A DNA stretch of 64,000 nucleotides from contig JAFDHO010000001.1 of NCBI GenBank assembly GCA_019308745.1, positions 13,905 to 77,904 on the forward strand, given 5' to 3'. Within the stretch, counting starts at the first letter, position 1. Each line of letters starts with the position of its first letter. Below the pieces are notes generated by a model. That model was not told the DNA's origin, ran no database searches, and worked only from the letters and a program-made list of their open reading frames with translations. Of the stretch, positions 42,217 to 50,489 are shown one piece after another. This DNA comes from Deltaproteobacteria bacterium (GTDB lineage: Bacteria; Desulfobacterota; DSM-4660; Desulfatiglandales; HGW-15). Made by a program: the position numbers and the translations under genes.

Positions 42217-44507
42217 TACCGACTCTTTCCCTTTATGGCCTTCAGGACCTCCTCCGGTATAATGGGCAGACGCCTAAAGCGCGTGCCCACCGCATCAGAT
42301 ACGGCATTGGCGATGGATGCCAGGACAGGTGCGCTTGCCCCCTCACCTGCCTCCTTGGCACCGAAGGGGCCCTCCGGATCCGGTATCTCCAGGGAGAAGA
42401 GTTCCTGGGACCCGGGTATATCCTTAAAGGTCGGCATCTTGTAGTCCCTGAAAGACGTATTGAACGTGTTTCCCTTCTCATCCCGGATGAGTTGCTCGAA
42501 CAGGGCCTGGCCCACATGCATGACCGTGGACCCTATCAGCTGTCCCCTGACCAGCATAGGATTCAGTTCCCGGCCCCCGTCGTGGGCCATCCACATGTTG
42601 CAAATGTCTACTAGGCCTGTCTCCGGGTCTACCTCTACCTCGCAGACCTGGGCGTAATAGCTGTAGGCGGCACTGAAGTTTCCCGTCCCCTTTGAGAAAT
42701 CCAGATTTCCCACCGGCGCATTGTAATACCCCCTGCCCATAATGGTCATGCCTTTTCTGTTCTGGCAATACCGGACGAGCCTCGCAAAGTCCATACTCTG
42801 TTCCGGGTCGTTCTTGACCGACACCTGCCTGTGCTTGAAGATAAGGTCCTCCTCCTTGACATCGAATACCTCCGCAGCTACCCGGCCGAGTTGCCTCTTT
42901 GCGTCCAGGGCCGCCATCTTGGCCGCGTTGCCGGCATAGAAGGTCACCCTTGACGACCAGGTCCCCCCGTCCATGGGAGTGAGGTCGCTGTCAATCAACG
43001 CAAAGCTCACATCATCCGGCTCGATCCCCAGCACCTCCGCCACGATCATGGGTAGGACCGTGTCGCAACCCTGTCCCACGTCCGTGGCCCCGCTCTGGAG
43101 CGCCACGGTCCCGTCTTCAAGCACCTTCAACATGGCCGAACAGGCCGACATCCCCATGATGTTGGAACCGCTGATAAACCCGGTGGAGGCCACGCCAATG
43201 CCCCGGTACTTGGGCAGTTTGCCCCTCTTTTCGTCCCAGCCGGACATTTCCCTGGCCTTGTCCAGGGCCTCTCTGAGCCCGCAGGTAGTGATCTTGAATC
43301 CGTTGGGGGCCTCGTAGCCCGGGGTCATGGCATTCCTCTTTCTGATATCGAGGGGGTCCATGCCAAGCTCCTGGGCGATCTCGTCCATGAGCCCTTCGAG
43401 GGCAAAATTGATCTGTGGGGCGCAGTGTCCCCTGAGGGCACCGCAAAAGGACTTATTGGTGTACACCCGGTAGCCCCTGTAACGGGCATTGGGGATCTTG
43501 TAAGCCATCATCATGAAGGCGCTGATGAGGTAGATGCTCAACTGGCCGATGCTGCTGTGGGCACCCCCGTCCGCGATAGCGAAGCAGTCCAATGCCTGGA
43601 TCAAACCCTCCTTGTCGACGCCCAGCTTGAGGCGGATCTTGTACGGATGGCGCATATGGCCCATTAGCAGGACCTCTTCCATGGTGTGGGAGATCTTGAC
43701 GGGCCGGCCTGTCTTCTTGGAGAGCATGACCGCTGCAAAGTCCATGGGCAGGGCCTCCTGCTTCCCCCCGGAATTGCCGGCTCCCACGAAGGTCTGCTTC
43801 ATGCGGATCTTACTGGGTGGGACCCCCAGGCCCATGGCAAGCTGTCTCCAGGCCGTGTAGGGGCTCTGCTTACACGCCTCCAGGGTAATCCTGTCAGTGG
43901 CATCCCAGTATCCGATGCAGGTGTGCGTCTCGAGCATCCCGTGCTTTATAGCCTGGGTCTCGAAGGTTTCCTCTTTGATGAGGTAAGACGCCTCGAAGCC
44001 CTTCTCCACATCCCCGAAGGCCCACTCGGACTTGGAACTTATATTGTTGGGCTTATCATCATAGAGCAGGGGCGCCCCCTCCTTCATGGCCTCTTCAGGG
44101 CCAAAGACAGCACGCAGGGGCTCGTACTCCACCTCAATAAGGTCCAGGCCCTCATACGCCATGTCCTCGTCTATGGCCGCAACCGCTGCGACCTCCTCGC
44201 CTATGTACCTGACCCGATCCAAGGCCAGAGGCAGGTAGTCCCTCGTGTGGATAAAGTTGCCATAGGTGATCCCGGGGAAGTCCTTCCCCGTGATCACCGC
44301 CTTCACCCCCGGGAGCCTTTCTGCCCTGGAAGTATCTATGCCCAGGATCCTTGCGTGTGCGTGGGGACTCCTGAGCATCTTGCCGTGAAGCATGCCCGGG
44401 ACCACCAGGTCCGCCGCAAATTTGCATTCCCCCGTGACCTTTATCCTGGCGTCTTTCTTGGGATAGGGCTTGCCTATGACGTTCAATCCCGTCGCCTGAT
44501 CTGCCAT
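42216..44507 (-). CDS. Xanthine dehydrogenase/aldehyde oxidase family molybdopterin-binding large subunit
   Basis: The start is set at ATG 44507 (MADQATGLNVIGKPYPKKDARIKVTGECKFAADL) after AAAGGAG. 764 aa. Confidence 0.85.
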   Translation of the reverse strand: MADQATGLNVIGKPYPKKDARIKVTGECKFAADLVVPGMLHGKMLRSPHAHARILGIDTSRAERLPGVKAVITGKDFPGITYGNFIHTRDYLPLALDRVRYIGEEVAAVAAIDEDMAYEGLDLIEVEYEPLRAVFGPEEAMKEGAPLLYDDKPNNISSKSEWAFGDVEKGFEASYLIKEETFETQAIKHGMLETHTCIGYWDATDRITLEACKQSPYTAWRQLAMGLGVPPSKIRMKQTFVGAGNSGGKQEALPMDFAAVMLSKKTGRPVKISHTMEEVLLMGHMRHPYKIRLKLGVDKEGLIQALDCFAIADGGAHSSIGQLSIYLISAFMMMAYKIPNARYRGYRVYTNKSFCGALRGHCAPQINFALEGLMDEIAQELGMDPLDIRKRNAMTPGYEAPNGFKITTCGLREALDKAREMSGWDEKRGKLPKYRGIGVASTGFISGSNIMGMSACSAMLKVLEDGTVALQSGATDVGQGCDTVLPMIVAEVLGIEPDDVSFALIDSDLTPMDGGTWSSRVTFYAGNAAKMAALDAKRQLGRVAAEVFDVKEEDLIFKHRQVSVKNDPEQSMDFARLVRYCQNRKGMTIMGRGYYNAPVGNLDFSKGTGNFSAAYSYYAQVCEVEVDPETGLVDICNMWMAHDGGRELNPMLVRGQLIGSTVMHVGQALFEQLIRDEKGNTFNTSFRDYKMPTFKDIPGSQELFSLEIPDPEGPFGAKEAGEGASAPVLASIANAVSDAVGTRFRRLPIIPEEVLKAIKGKSR

Positions 44508-44527
44508 CAAAACACTCCTTTCCTCTC

Positions 44528-45001
44528 TCAACTCTGAGCCATCTGCCCTGCGGCCGCCACGACCGCCTCGATGATCTGGACATAGCCCGTGCAGCGGCAA
44601 AGGTGTCCCGCCAGGGCCTCCTTGATGTCTTCTTCCTGGGGATTCGGATTTTCTTCCAGAAACGCCTTGGTGGCCATGATCATACCCGGCGTACAAAACC
44701 CGCACTGCACTGCCCCGTGGGTCACGAACTTCTCCTGGATCGGGTGGAGCTCCCCTCCACTGGAAAGCCCTTCTATGGTCTGGATGTCCTTTCCGCCGGC
44801 CTCAACGGCCAGCATCAAGCAAGAGTTGACAGCCTCGCCGTCTACGATCACGGTACAGGCCCCGCAGTGCCCTTCCGCGCAACTCTGCTTGGTCCCGGTC
44901 AGGTTCAAACCATCCCGAAGGGCCTCCAGGAGGGTCCTCCAGGGCGGGATCTCAATCTTGTATGTCTCGTTATTGACCCTGAGTTCGATATCGTGCTTCA
45001 C
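44528..45001 (-). CDS. [2Fe-2S] small subunit of the XDH-family enzyme
   Basis: CAEGHCGACTVIVDG...NSC and QCGFCTPGMIM motifs. GTG start after GGAGG. Confidence 0.9.
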   Translation of the reverse strand: MKHDIELRVNNETYKIEIPPWRTLLEALRDGLNLTGTKQSCAEGHCGACTVIVDGEAVNSCLMLAVEAGGKDIQTIEGLSSGGELHPIQEKFVTHGAVQCGFCTPGMIMATKAFLEENPNPQEEDIKEALAGHLCRCTGYVQIIEAVVAAAGQMAQS

Positions 45002-45158
45002 TTGACGCCTCCATCTAGTAGCAAGAGTAGTCCCTTTCCCTGATGATCGGGATAATGTGAAGTTGGAGATATTCCATCCCCCATTCCTCTACATCAACCA
45101 TTCATAAAGTTTCGGGAATGCCGGATGACCGCTCCCACCGTAGCGAACGGTACTGCCT

Positions 45159-46040
45159 TTACCCCACCTTTTCCAGTGCCCTTTTGATGGCCCTCTTGAC
45201 CAGCACGGGGATCAACTCCTTGCGATACTCTTCTGTGGTTCGCCATGAGGAGCGCGGCGAGCACTCCCCGACGACAATGGTCGCAGCCTCCGAAATGATC
45301 TCCTCGTCGGGCTCTTTGCCTGAAAGCACTTTTTCGGCCCCCTTTGCCCTGATGGGCGTGGGAGCGGCGGTTGCCAGGGCAAGCCTCGCCTCTGTGCAGC
45401 TGCCGTCTCCCGGATCGAGGGTGAGCAGGGCGGCCACCCCGATCATGGTTATTTCCATGGCCCGCCGCCTCCCGAACTTGACGTATTCGCCTCCGCTGTG
45501 CGGCTTCACGGGCGGGACCTCGATCCTGGTGAGGATCTCGTCCTTTCCCAGGCAATTCTCTTTCGGCCCCTTGAAGAACTCCTCAAGGGGCACAACCCTT
45601 TCTCCCTTGCTGGTGGCCACCACTGCCTTGGCCTCGAGGGCCAGGAGCGAAGGGGGCATGTCAGCCGACGGCGCCGCGGTGCAGAGGTTCCCTCCTAGGG
45701 TCGCCCTGTTCCTTATCTCCTTTGAGCCCAATACGGATGCCGCCTGTGACAAGATAGGATAATGGGCCTTGATCAAAGGGGATTTCTCAATCTGCGCTAT
45801 GCGGCACATGGCCCCTAGCTTGAGGCCGGTCTTTTCGCCGAACTCCATGATGTCGAGTCCTTCGGCCTGGCCCAGGCTCATGACATATTCGGGCCGATGT
45901 TCTCCCCATCTCATCTGGGGGATGAGATCGGTGCCCCCGGCGAGCATCCTTGTCCTGTCTCCGTTCTCCCTGAGAAACGCCAGGGCCTCCTCCAGGGTGC
46001 CGGGGCTAAAATATTCAAACTTGGGTAAAGTCCTGAACAT
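45159..46040 (-). CDS. FAD-binding medium subunit of the XDH-family enzyme
   Basis: FEYFSPGTLEEALAFLRENGDRTRMLAGGTDLIP and ATLGGNLCTAAPSAD blocks, 293 aa. Confidence 0.85.
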   Translation of the reverse strand: MFRTLPKFEYFSPGTLEEALAFLRENGDRTRMLAGGTDLIPQMRWGEHRPEYVMSLGQAEGLDIMEFGEKTGLKLGAMCRIAQIEKSPLIKAHYPILSQAASVLGSKEIRNRATLGGNLCTAAPSADMPPSLLALEAKAVVATSKGERVVPLEEFFKGPKENCLGKDEILTRIEVPPVKPHSGGEYVKFGRRRAMEITMIGVAALLTLDPGDGSCTEARLALATAAPTPIRAKGAEKVLSGKEPDEEIISEAATIVVGECSPRSSWRTTEEYRKELIPVLVKRAIKRALEKVG

Positions 46041-46108
46041 GGTTTTCTCCTTCGTAGTACCTCATTCACGGAAGTCTCTTCTTCGTCAAGGCACGACCAT
46101 GGGATCGA

Positions 46109-46138
46109 AGCATAGAAGACCAACCTCCTCAGTGTCAA
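46109..46138 (-). promoter_or_regulatory. Candidate promoter for the XDH-family/ligase operon (TTGACA-N18-TATGCT on the minus strand)
   Basis: The reverse complement of 46133-46138 is TTGACA and of 46109-46114 is TATGCT. Lies about 65 nt upstream of ATG 46040. Confidence 0.35.
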
Positions 46139-46253
46139 GGAAGAACTGGAAACCCGAACTGCAGCTCTATATGGAAATATCCTGGCCCAGAGGACCGGGC
46201 TTTGGTTATCCCAAGAGCGCATTTGCTCTATCGGAAGTTCACTGTTTCATTCA

Positions 46254-46405
46254 CATCCCAAATAGCAGATCCCAAATGCCAAACAATTCTCAATGACCGG
46301 AATTCCAAACCCCAAGCAATGTCTTCTCGCACAGGGTTTTGGTCATTGGATATTGGAATTTGAAATTTGCCTGTAATTTGGCACTTGGAATTTGTGATTT
46401 TGGAC
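46254..46405. repeat. Long imperfect palindrome built from CCAAAT/ATTTGG-type oligo repeats
   Basis: CAATGACC (46291-46298) pairs with GGTCATTG (46341-46348), and AAACCC with GGGTTT. The arms are rich in TCCCAAAT / GGAATTTG. A further GGAATTTGGAATTTTGG block lies at 46486-46509. Confidence 0.7.
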
Positions 46406-46523
46406 ACAAAGCACCAAGGCAGGGCCATCATCAATCAAACGCTCCTCCAGTCGACGTCCTGGTCGCGATTCGGGGTTTGCCTGTTCGGAATTTGGAATTT
46501 TGGTTTCCGCCCATGTCCTCGCC

Positions 46524-46557
46524 TATGGATCGAGCTGACCGTGTCAGAGGAACTCCC
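46524..46557 (-). repeat. Leader motif B (second copy of the 42179-42216 motif)
   Basis: TATGGATCGAGCTGACCGTGTCAGAGGAACTCCC. On the minus strand it is followed by GGCGAGGAC-ATG and a 27-codon ORF that runs into the CCAAAT repeat. Confidence 0.5.
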
Positions 46558-46812
46558 TTATGTAGTAAGGCGACCGCATCGCCGTCCAGAGCGTAACACG
46601 GTTACCTCGTTCCAAAAGCAAAGGAAGGCCGATCACCTTAAGGTAGACGAGAGCCCGGATCCGAATCCCGCCTTGAGAAACTCCTTCCGACATGCCATAA
46701 TGAAATCATTTCAAGTAGTATGGATGACTCAGGGGAAGCTGCCCATGTCTTCACGGTTTCAAGATATCGTCTTTATCGTAAACCCAAACGCCGCAATGGG
46801 CTCTGTTAGACG

Positions 46813-46836
46813 GGGACGTTGATTTGTAAGTAAGTA
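46813..46836 (+). repeat. Solo copy (22/24 match) of the 24-bp terminal repeat GGGACGTTGATTTGTAATTCAGTA
   Basis: GGGACGTTGATTTGTAAGTAAGTA, in the same orientation as the copy at 48077-48100. Confidence 0.75.
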
Positions 46837-46905
46837 TCTTGGCCCCTCAACCCGGCTCGCCTTTATGCTTCTCCCTAGAGAGACTGAATCAAGACCGAAC
46901 ATCCA

Positions 46906-47355
46906 TCACGATTTCTTTCCTGTCATGCTTTCCACATCAAGTCTCAGGACATTAGTCTTTCTCAAAATATCTTCATCGTAGGAATAGGACCCTTTTGCCC
47001 CATAGTGAGCCATGATCACGTCAAGGCCCTTCCGCCTTTCTTCCGGGTCTTGAACAATACTTATTCTCCCATACCCGATGACGCTTTGGTACTTCACGCC
47101 CCATTTACAGGCCGCATCCGCTTTCTTCACTTCCACGTCAATATCCATCTCAAAGCAGGCCCTCGGATTCTTTTCCAGGATCTCAAGCTTTCTACCCTTT
47201 AGGCCCGTATGGAAATATAGGGTGTTGTCTTTGTAGCCAAAGCACAGGGGCACCACATAAGGATATCCTTCGGCAAGCATGGCGACTCTGCACACCAGGG
47301 CCCGCGAAATGATGGCTTCGATTTCCGCCTGATCCCTTATCTCCTTTCTTGTCAT
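46906..47355 (-). CDS. Pyridoxamine 5'-phosphate oxidase-like FMN-binding protein
   Basis: AIISRALVCRVAMLAEGYPYVVPLCFGYKDNTLYFHTGLKGRKLEIL resembles the split-barrel PNPOx/NimA-like family. Confidence 0.7.
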   Translation of the reverse strand: MTRKEIRDQAEIEAIISRALVCRVAMLAEGYPYVVPLCFGYKDNTLYFHTGLKGRKLEILEKNPRACFEMDIDVEVKKADAACKWGVKYQSVIGYGRISIVQDPEERRKGLDVIMAHYGAKGSYSYDEDILRKTNVLRLDVESMTGKKS

Positions 47356-48053
47356 GGAAACTCCTTTCCAATCGCTTCATAGAGGGCGGCCCTTGCCAGG
47401 AGGCGCGTAGAATCAAGGGTCGGCAGGGGGCAATCCTTAGGGTTCACGATCAGAGGCAGTTCGGTACACCCCAGCACCACTGTATCACAACCTCCTTCCT
47501 TGAGCCTCTCGATAACATCGTTGAAATAATGCCTGGACTCTTCCCGGAAGATCCCGTTGACCAGTTCCTCGAAAATCACCCGGTCGATTCTTTCCCGGTC
47601 CTTTTCATCGGGGATGCTGAAAAGCATGCCAGCCTTCTTAAATACCTCGGGATAAACTGGGCCTGTCATCAGATACTTCGTGCCCATGATCCCGATGTGA
47701 GCATATGACTTCTTTTTCGCCTCCTTTGCGACCGTTTCTGCAATGTGGAGCCAGGGAATCGGGGAGCGAGAAATAACAAACTGAAAGGCTTCATGAATCG
47801 TATTGTCCGGGCAAATGGCGAACTCCGACCCGGCCTGCACCACCTTGTGTGTTGAAGAAAGCATGAGTCTGCCCACTTCCTCCCACTCACCCTTTCGGAT
47901 ATGCTCCATGTATTCCGAAAGGGGGTGGGTGTGCATGGTGATCTCGGGGTGGCTGTGCTCCCCCATGAACTGAGGCGCCTCCATGCAGATCGTTCTGTAG
48001 CAAAGGGCCGCGCCTTCAGCACTGCATGCGACGATGCCAATATGCTTTGCCAT
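47352..48053 (-). CDS. Aspartate/glutamate racemase-family protein
   Basis: IGIVACSAEGAALCY and VVLGCTELPLIV contain the two catalytic-Cys blocks. ATGA overlap with the downstream gene. Confidence 0.8.
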   Translation of the reverse strand: MAKHIGIVACSAEGAALCYRTICMEAPQFMGEHSHPEITMHTHPLSEYMEHIRKGEWEEVGRLMLSSTHKVVQAGSEFAICPDNTIHEAFQFVISRSPIPWLHIAETVAKEAKKKSYAHIGIMGTKYLMTGPVYPEVFKKAGMLFSIPDEKDRERIDRVIFEELVNGIFREESRHYFNDVIERLKEGGCDTVVLGCTELPLIVNPKDCPLPTLDSTRLLARAALYEAIGKEFP

Positions 48054-48076
48054 AGGAAATCTCCCTCCTTTAGGCA

Positions 48077-48350
48077 GGGACGTTGATTTGTAATTCAGTA
48101 ACTACTCCGGCATCACGGCCTATCCTTTTGATGGCCTCCCACTACTTCCCATTACTAATACCACATTAGTTCATTCCTACCGTTTAATCAATCTCTTGTT
48201 GCCCAGATCCACAAGCTGCCGGTAACCTGCTCATAGAAAACCTTGATCGGTGGTGTATCAGTCTCCGACCCGCACATACATGAGGATAGACAGAGTCCCT
48301 GCAAGCCATCATGCCCCATGCCGAAATACTGAATTACAAATCAACGTCCC
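48077..48350. mobile_element. 274-bp MITE-like element with perfect 24-bp terminal inverted repeats and no ORF
   Basis: GGGACGTTGATTTGTAATTCAGTA at 48077-48100, with its exact reverse complement at 48327-48350. The 226-bp interior is AT-richer and non-coding. Confidence 0.75.
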
Positions 48351-49313
48351 CAGGAGGATGGCTGCCCATGCAGAGGCTCGGATGAGAGAAAGGGATCTCT
48401 TAATGTCGCTGGGTTCCGGGTCAGGGAATTCGTCTCCCAGCCACGGCTTGTCCTTCATGCCGCCAGCATACCGGGTAGGACCTCCGAGGCGAACGTGAAG
48501 AGCGCCCGAGACGAAGCTCTCTCCATGCGCCGCGTTGGGGGAGTCGTGCTTCAGCCTGTCCCTGAGGAACGTCCTCAACCCGCTTCCCAAATCGCACCCT
48601 GTCAGCATGGCACTTATGGAAAGGGGCGCCACGGAAAGCCGCGCGGGAATGAAGTTCATCAGGTCATCCATTCTGGCCCCTGCCCAGCCGATTCTCAGGT
48701 AGGGCTCGTGCCTGTAACCCAGCATGGAATCCATGGTGCTCGTCACCTTGAAGGCCGTCATCAGGCAAAGCCCCGAGAGAACCGGACTGACGTCTAAAGC
48801 TTCACCCAGTAACGCTCCAATTACGTACCAGAAAACGGGTGACAAGAACCCGTCTACGAAGTTCTCTGCCAGGGTCTCTATGGCGGCCCTGCATAGCCCT
48901 GGTCTATCCAGGAAGGTTACATCACGTCCCACGACAAGAGAGACGGCCTTTCTTGTGCCTTCCAGGTCTTGTTTCTCGAGGGCCTCAATCACCGGTCCTA
49001 TGTGATTCACAAGATCCTTGAAGGCAATCAAGGAATAGCACACAAAGAGGGCGAAGGCGGTCTCGATGACGGGGTGGACGGCCTCCAAAGTCTTCGAAAG
49101 GAGGAACAGGATACAAAGGACAACTGACTGGGACAGGGAAAAAAGGATTACCCCGCCCAGCCTGCTGTCCCAGCCGATCCTTCTCGTCGTGTGTTCAAGA
49201 AAAGATACCAGGCGACCCATAAGACGAACTGGATGGAAAGGATAGGCCGGATCGCCCATCACAAGATCCAGCAGGAAGGCAAGGACAAGAACGAGGAAGG
49301 CCTCGATCATCAT
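48309..49313 (-). CDS. cbiB: Adenosylcobinamide-phosphate synthase
   Basis: LVLAFLLDLVMGDPAYPFHPVRLMGRL N-terminus, polytopic. ATGA overlap with the upstream gene. The last 13 codons lie inside the MITE-like element. Confidence 0.85.
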   Translation of the reverse strand: MMIEAFLVLVLAFLLDLVMGDPAYPFHPVRLMGRLVSFLEHTTRRIGWDSRLGGVILFSLSQSVVLCILFLLSKTLEAVHPVIETAFALFVCYSLIAFKDLVNHIGPVIEALEKQDLEGTRKAVSLVVGRDVTFLDRPGLCRAAIETLAENFVDGFLSPVFWYVIGALLGEALDVSPVLSGLCLMTAFKVTSTMDSMLGYRHEPYLRIGWAGARMDDLMNFIPARLSVAPLSISAMLTGCDLGSGLRTFLRDRLKHDSPNAAHGESFVSGALHVRLGGPTRYAGGMKDKPWLGDEFPDPEPSDIKRSLSLIRASAWAAILLGTLICNSVFRHGA

Positions 49314-50422
49314 CAGGCTCCGGGCGCTGAGGCCAAGACCTCGAGCAAGCGGTCATTCTCAGCCCTGCGGCGCACCCCAATGCGAAAAAAACCTTCTTCC
49401 AGGCCCGGGAAATTCCTGCAGTCCCTGGCATACAGGCCATTGACAAGGAGATGTCTCAGGAGGTCGTCCAGGTCCTGTCCCGCTTCCCAGCGGCACAAGA
49501 GGAAATTGGCCGTGGGATTGCAAGGCCTGTATCCGGGGCCTTCTTTGAGCTTTGTGTAGACGCGGTCCCTTTCTTGGGCTATGACCCTACGTGACTCCTC
49601 GTCATAATCCCTCGCCCCAATGATCAAGGTGGCAACCCTATCTGCAACGGCGTTCACGGTCCAGGGTTCCTTGGCCTGCTTCAGGAGGGAAATCGTTTGT
49701 TCATGGCCTACCACGGCCCCCAACCTGAGCCCTGCCAGGGCGTAGAACTTGGTCAGCGAGTGGACCACGAGCACATTTTTCATTGGTGGTTCTAAGAGAA
49801 GGCTCTCCTCCTGCCATTCCTCCAGGAACTGGACAAATGCCTCGTCCAGGATGACCCATTTGTCAGGATGCCTTTCGGCCAACTCCACCATATCTCTTTT
49901 GGGGGCCAGGGTGCCGGTGGGATTATTGGGTCTCCCCAGCCAGATGGCATCTGCTTCTTCGAGGGCACGGGAAAGGACCGCCACGGGAAGGGGGGCGAAA
50001 TCCTCTTCAGGTGAGAGCCTGAGGCGCGTTACCCTGGCACCGGCAAGTAAGGTGGCACGCTCATAGTCATGGTAGGAGGGTGTAACCACCACCGCGTGTT
50101 CCACACCCAGGACCCTGGGAATCATATAGATGAGCTCGGTTGAGCCGTTTCCGGGGAGGCATCGGGTCCTTGGGATACCGAACCTCTCCTCATAGAAGCG
50201 GGTTACGCCGTCCCCTTCAATGGCCGGGTAGTTTCCTATCAACTCGTAGAACTCGGACCAGCGCTCCCGTACGGGCGCAGGAGCTCCCCTCGGATTGATG
50301 TTGACACTGAAATCCAGCACAGGTCCGGGATCGAGACCCAGCCGGATCATGTCTGCGGCCGGGCTGCCCCCGTGCCTGTATCCTTTGCCTCTATAGTTCA
50401 TTGTCCCCTGTTCCGCCATCAT
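49313..50422 (-). CDS. cobD: L-threonine-O-3-phosphate decarboxylase (class I/II aminotransferase fold)
   Basis: HGG motif near the N-terminus (YRHGGSP), a PLP-aminotransferase-like body, and its position between cbiH and cbiB. The start may be 50401. Confidence 0.75.
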   Translation of the reverse strand: MMAEQGTMNYRGKGYRHGGSPAADMIRLGLDPGPVLDFSVNINPRGAPAPVRERWSEFYELIGNYPAIEGDGVTRFYEERFGIPRTRCLPGNGSTELIYMIPRVLGVEHAVVVTPSYHDYERATLLAGARVTRLRLSPEEDFAPLPVAVLSRALEEADAIWLGRPNNPTGTLAPKRDMVELAERHPDKWVILDEAFVQFLEEWQEESLLLEPPMKNVLVVHSLTKFYALAGLRLGAVVGHEQTISLLKQAKEPWTVNAVADRVATLIIGARDYDEESRRVIAQERDRVYTKLKEGPGYRPCNPTANFLLCRWEAGQDLDDLLRHLLVNGLYARDCRNFPGLEEGFFRIGVRRRAENDRLLEVLASAPGA

Positions 50423-50489
50423 TGGCGAAGTCCGATGGCGCCTTCAAGAGGGCTCCCCGAGCCTGGAGTGCGCTCCAAATCCGCTCGCT

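Noticed and set aside
46367-46822. A 151-aa plus-strand ORF spanning the repeat-rich gap.
   Set aside because: Most of it is a translation of the oligo-repeat palindrome and of leader motif B. Only the last 25 codons (from ATG 46746) look gene-like, and these are discussed as a truncated stub.
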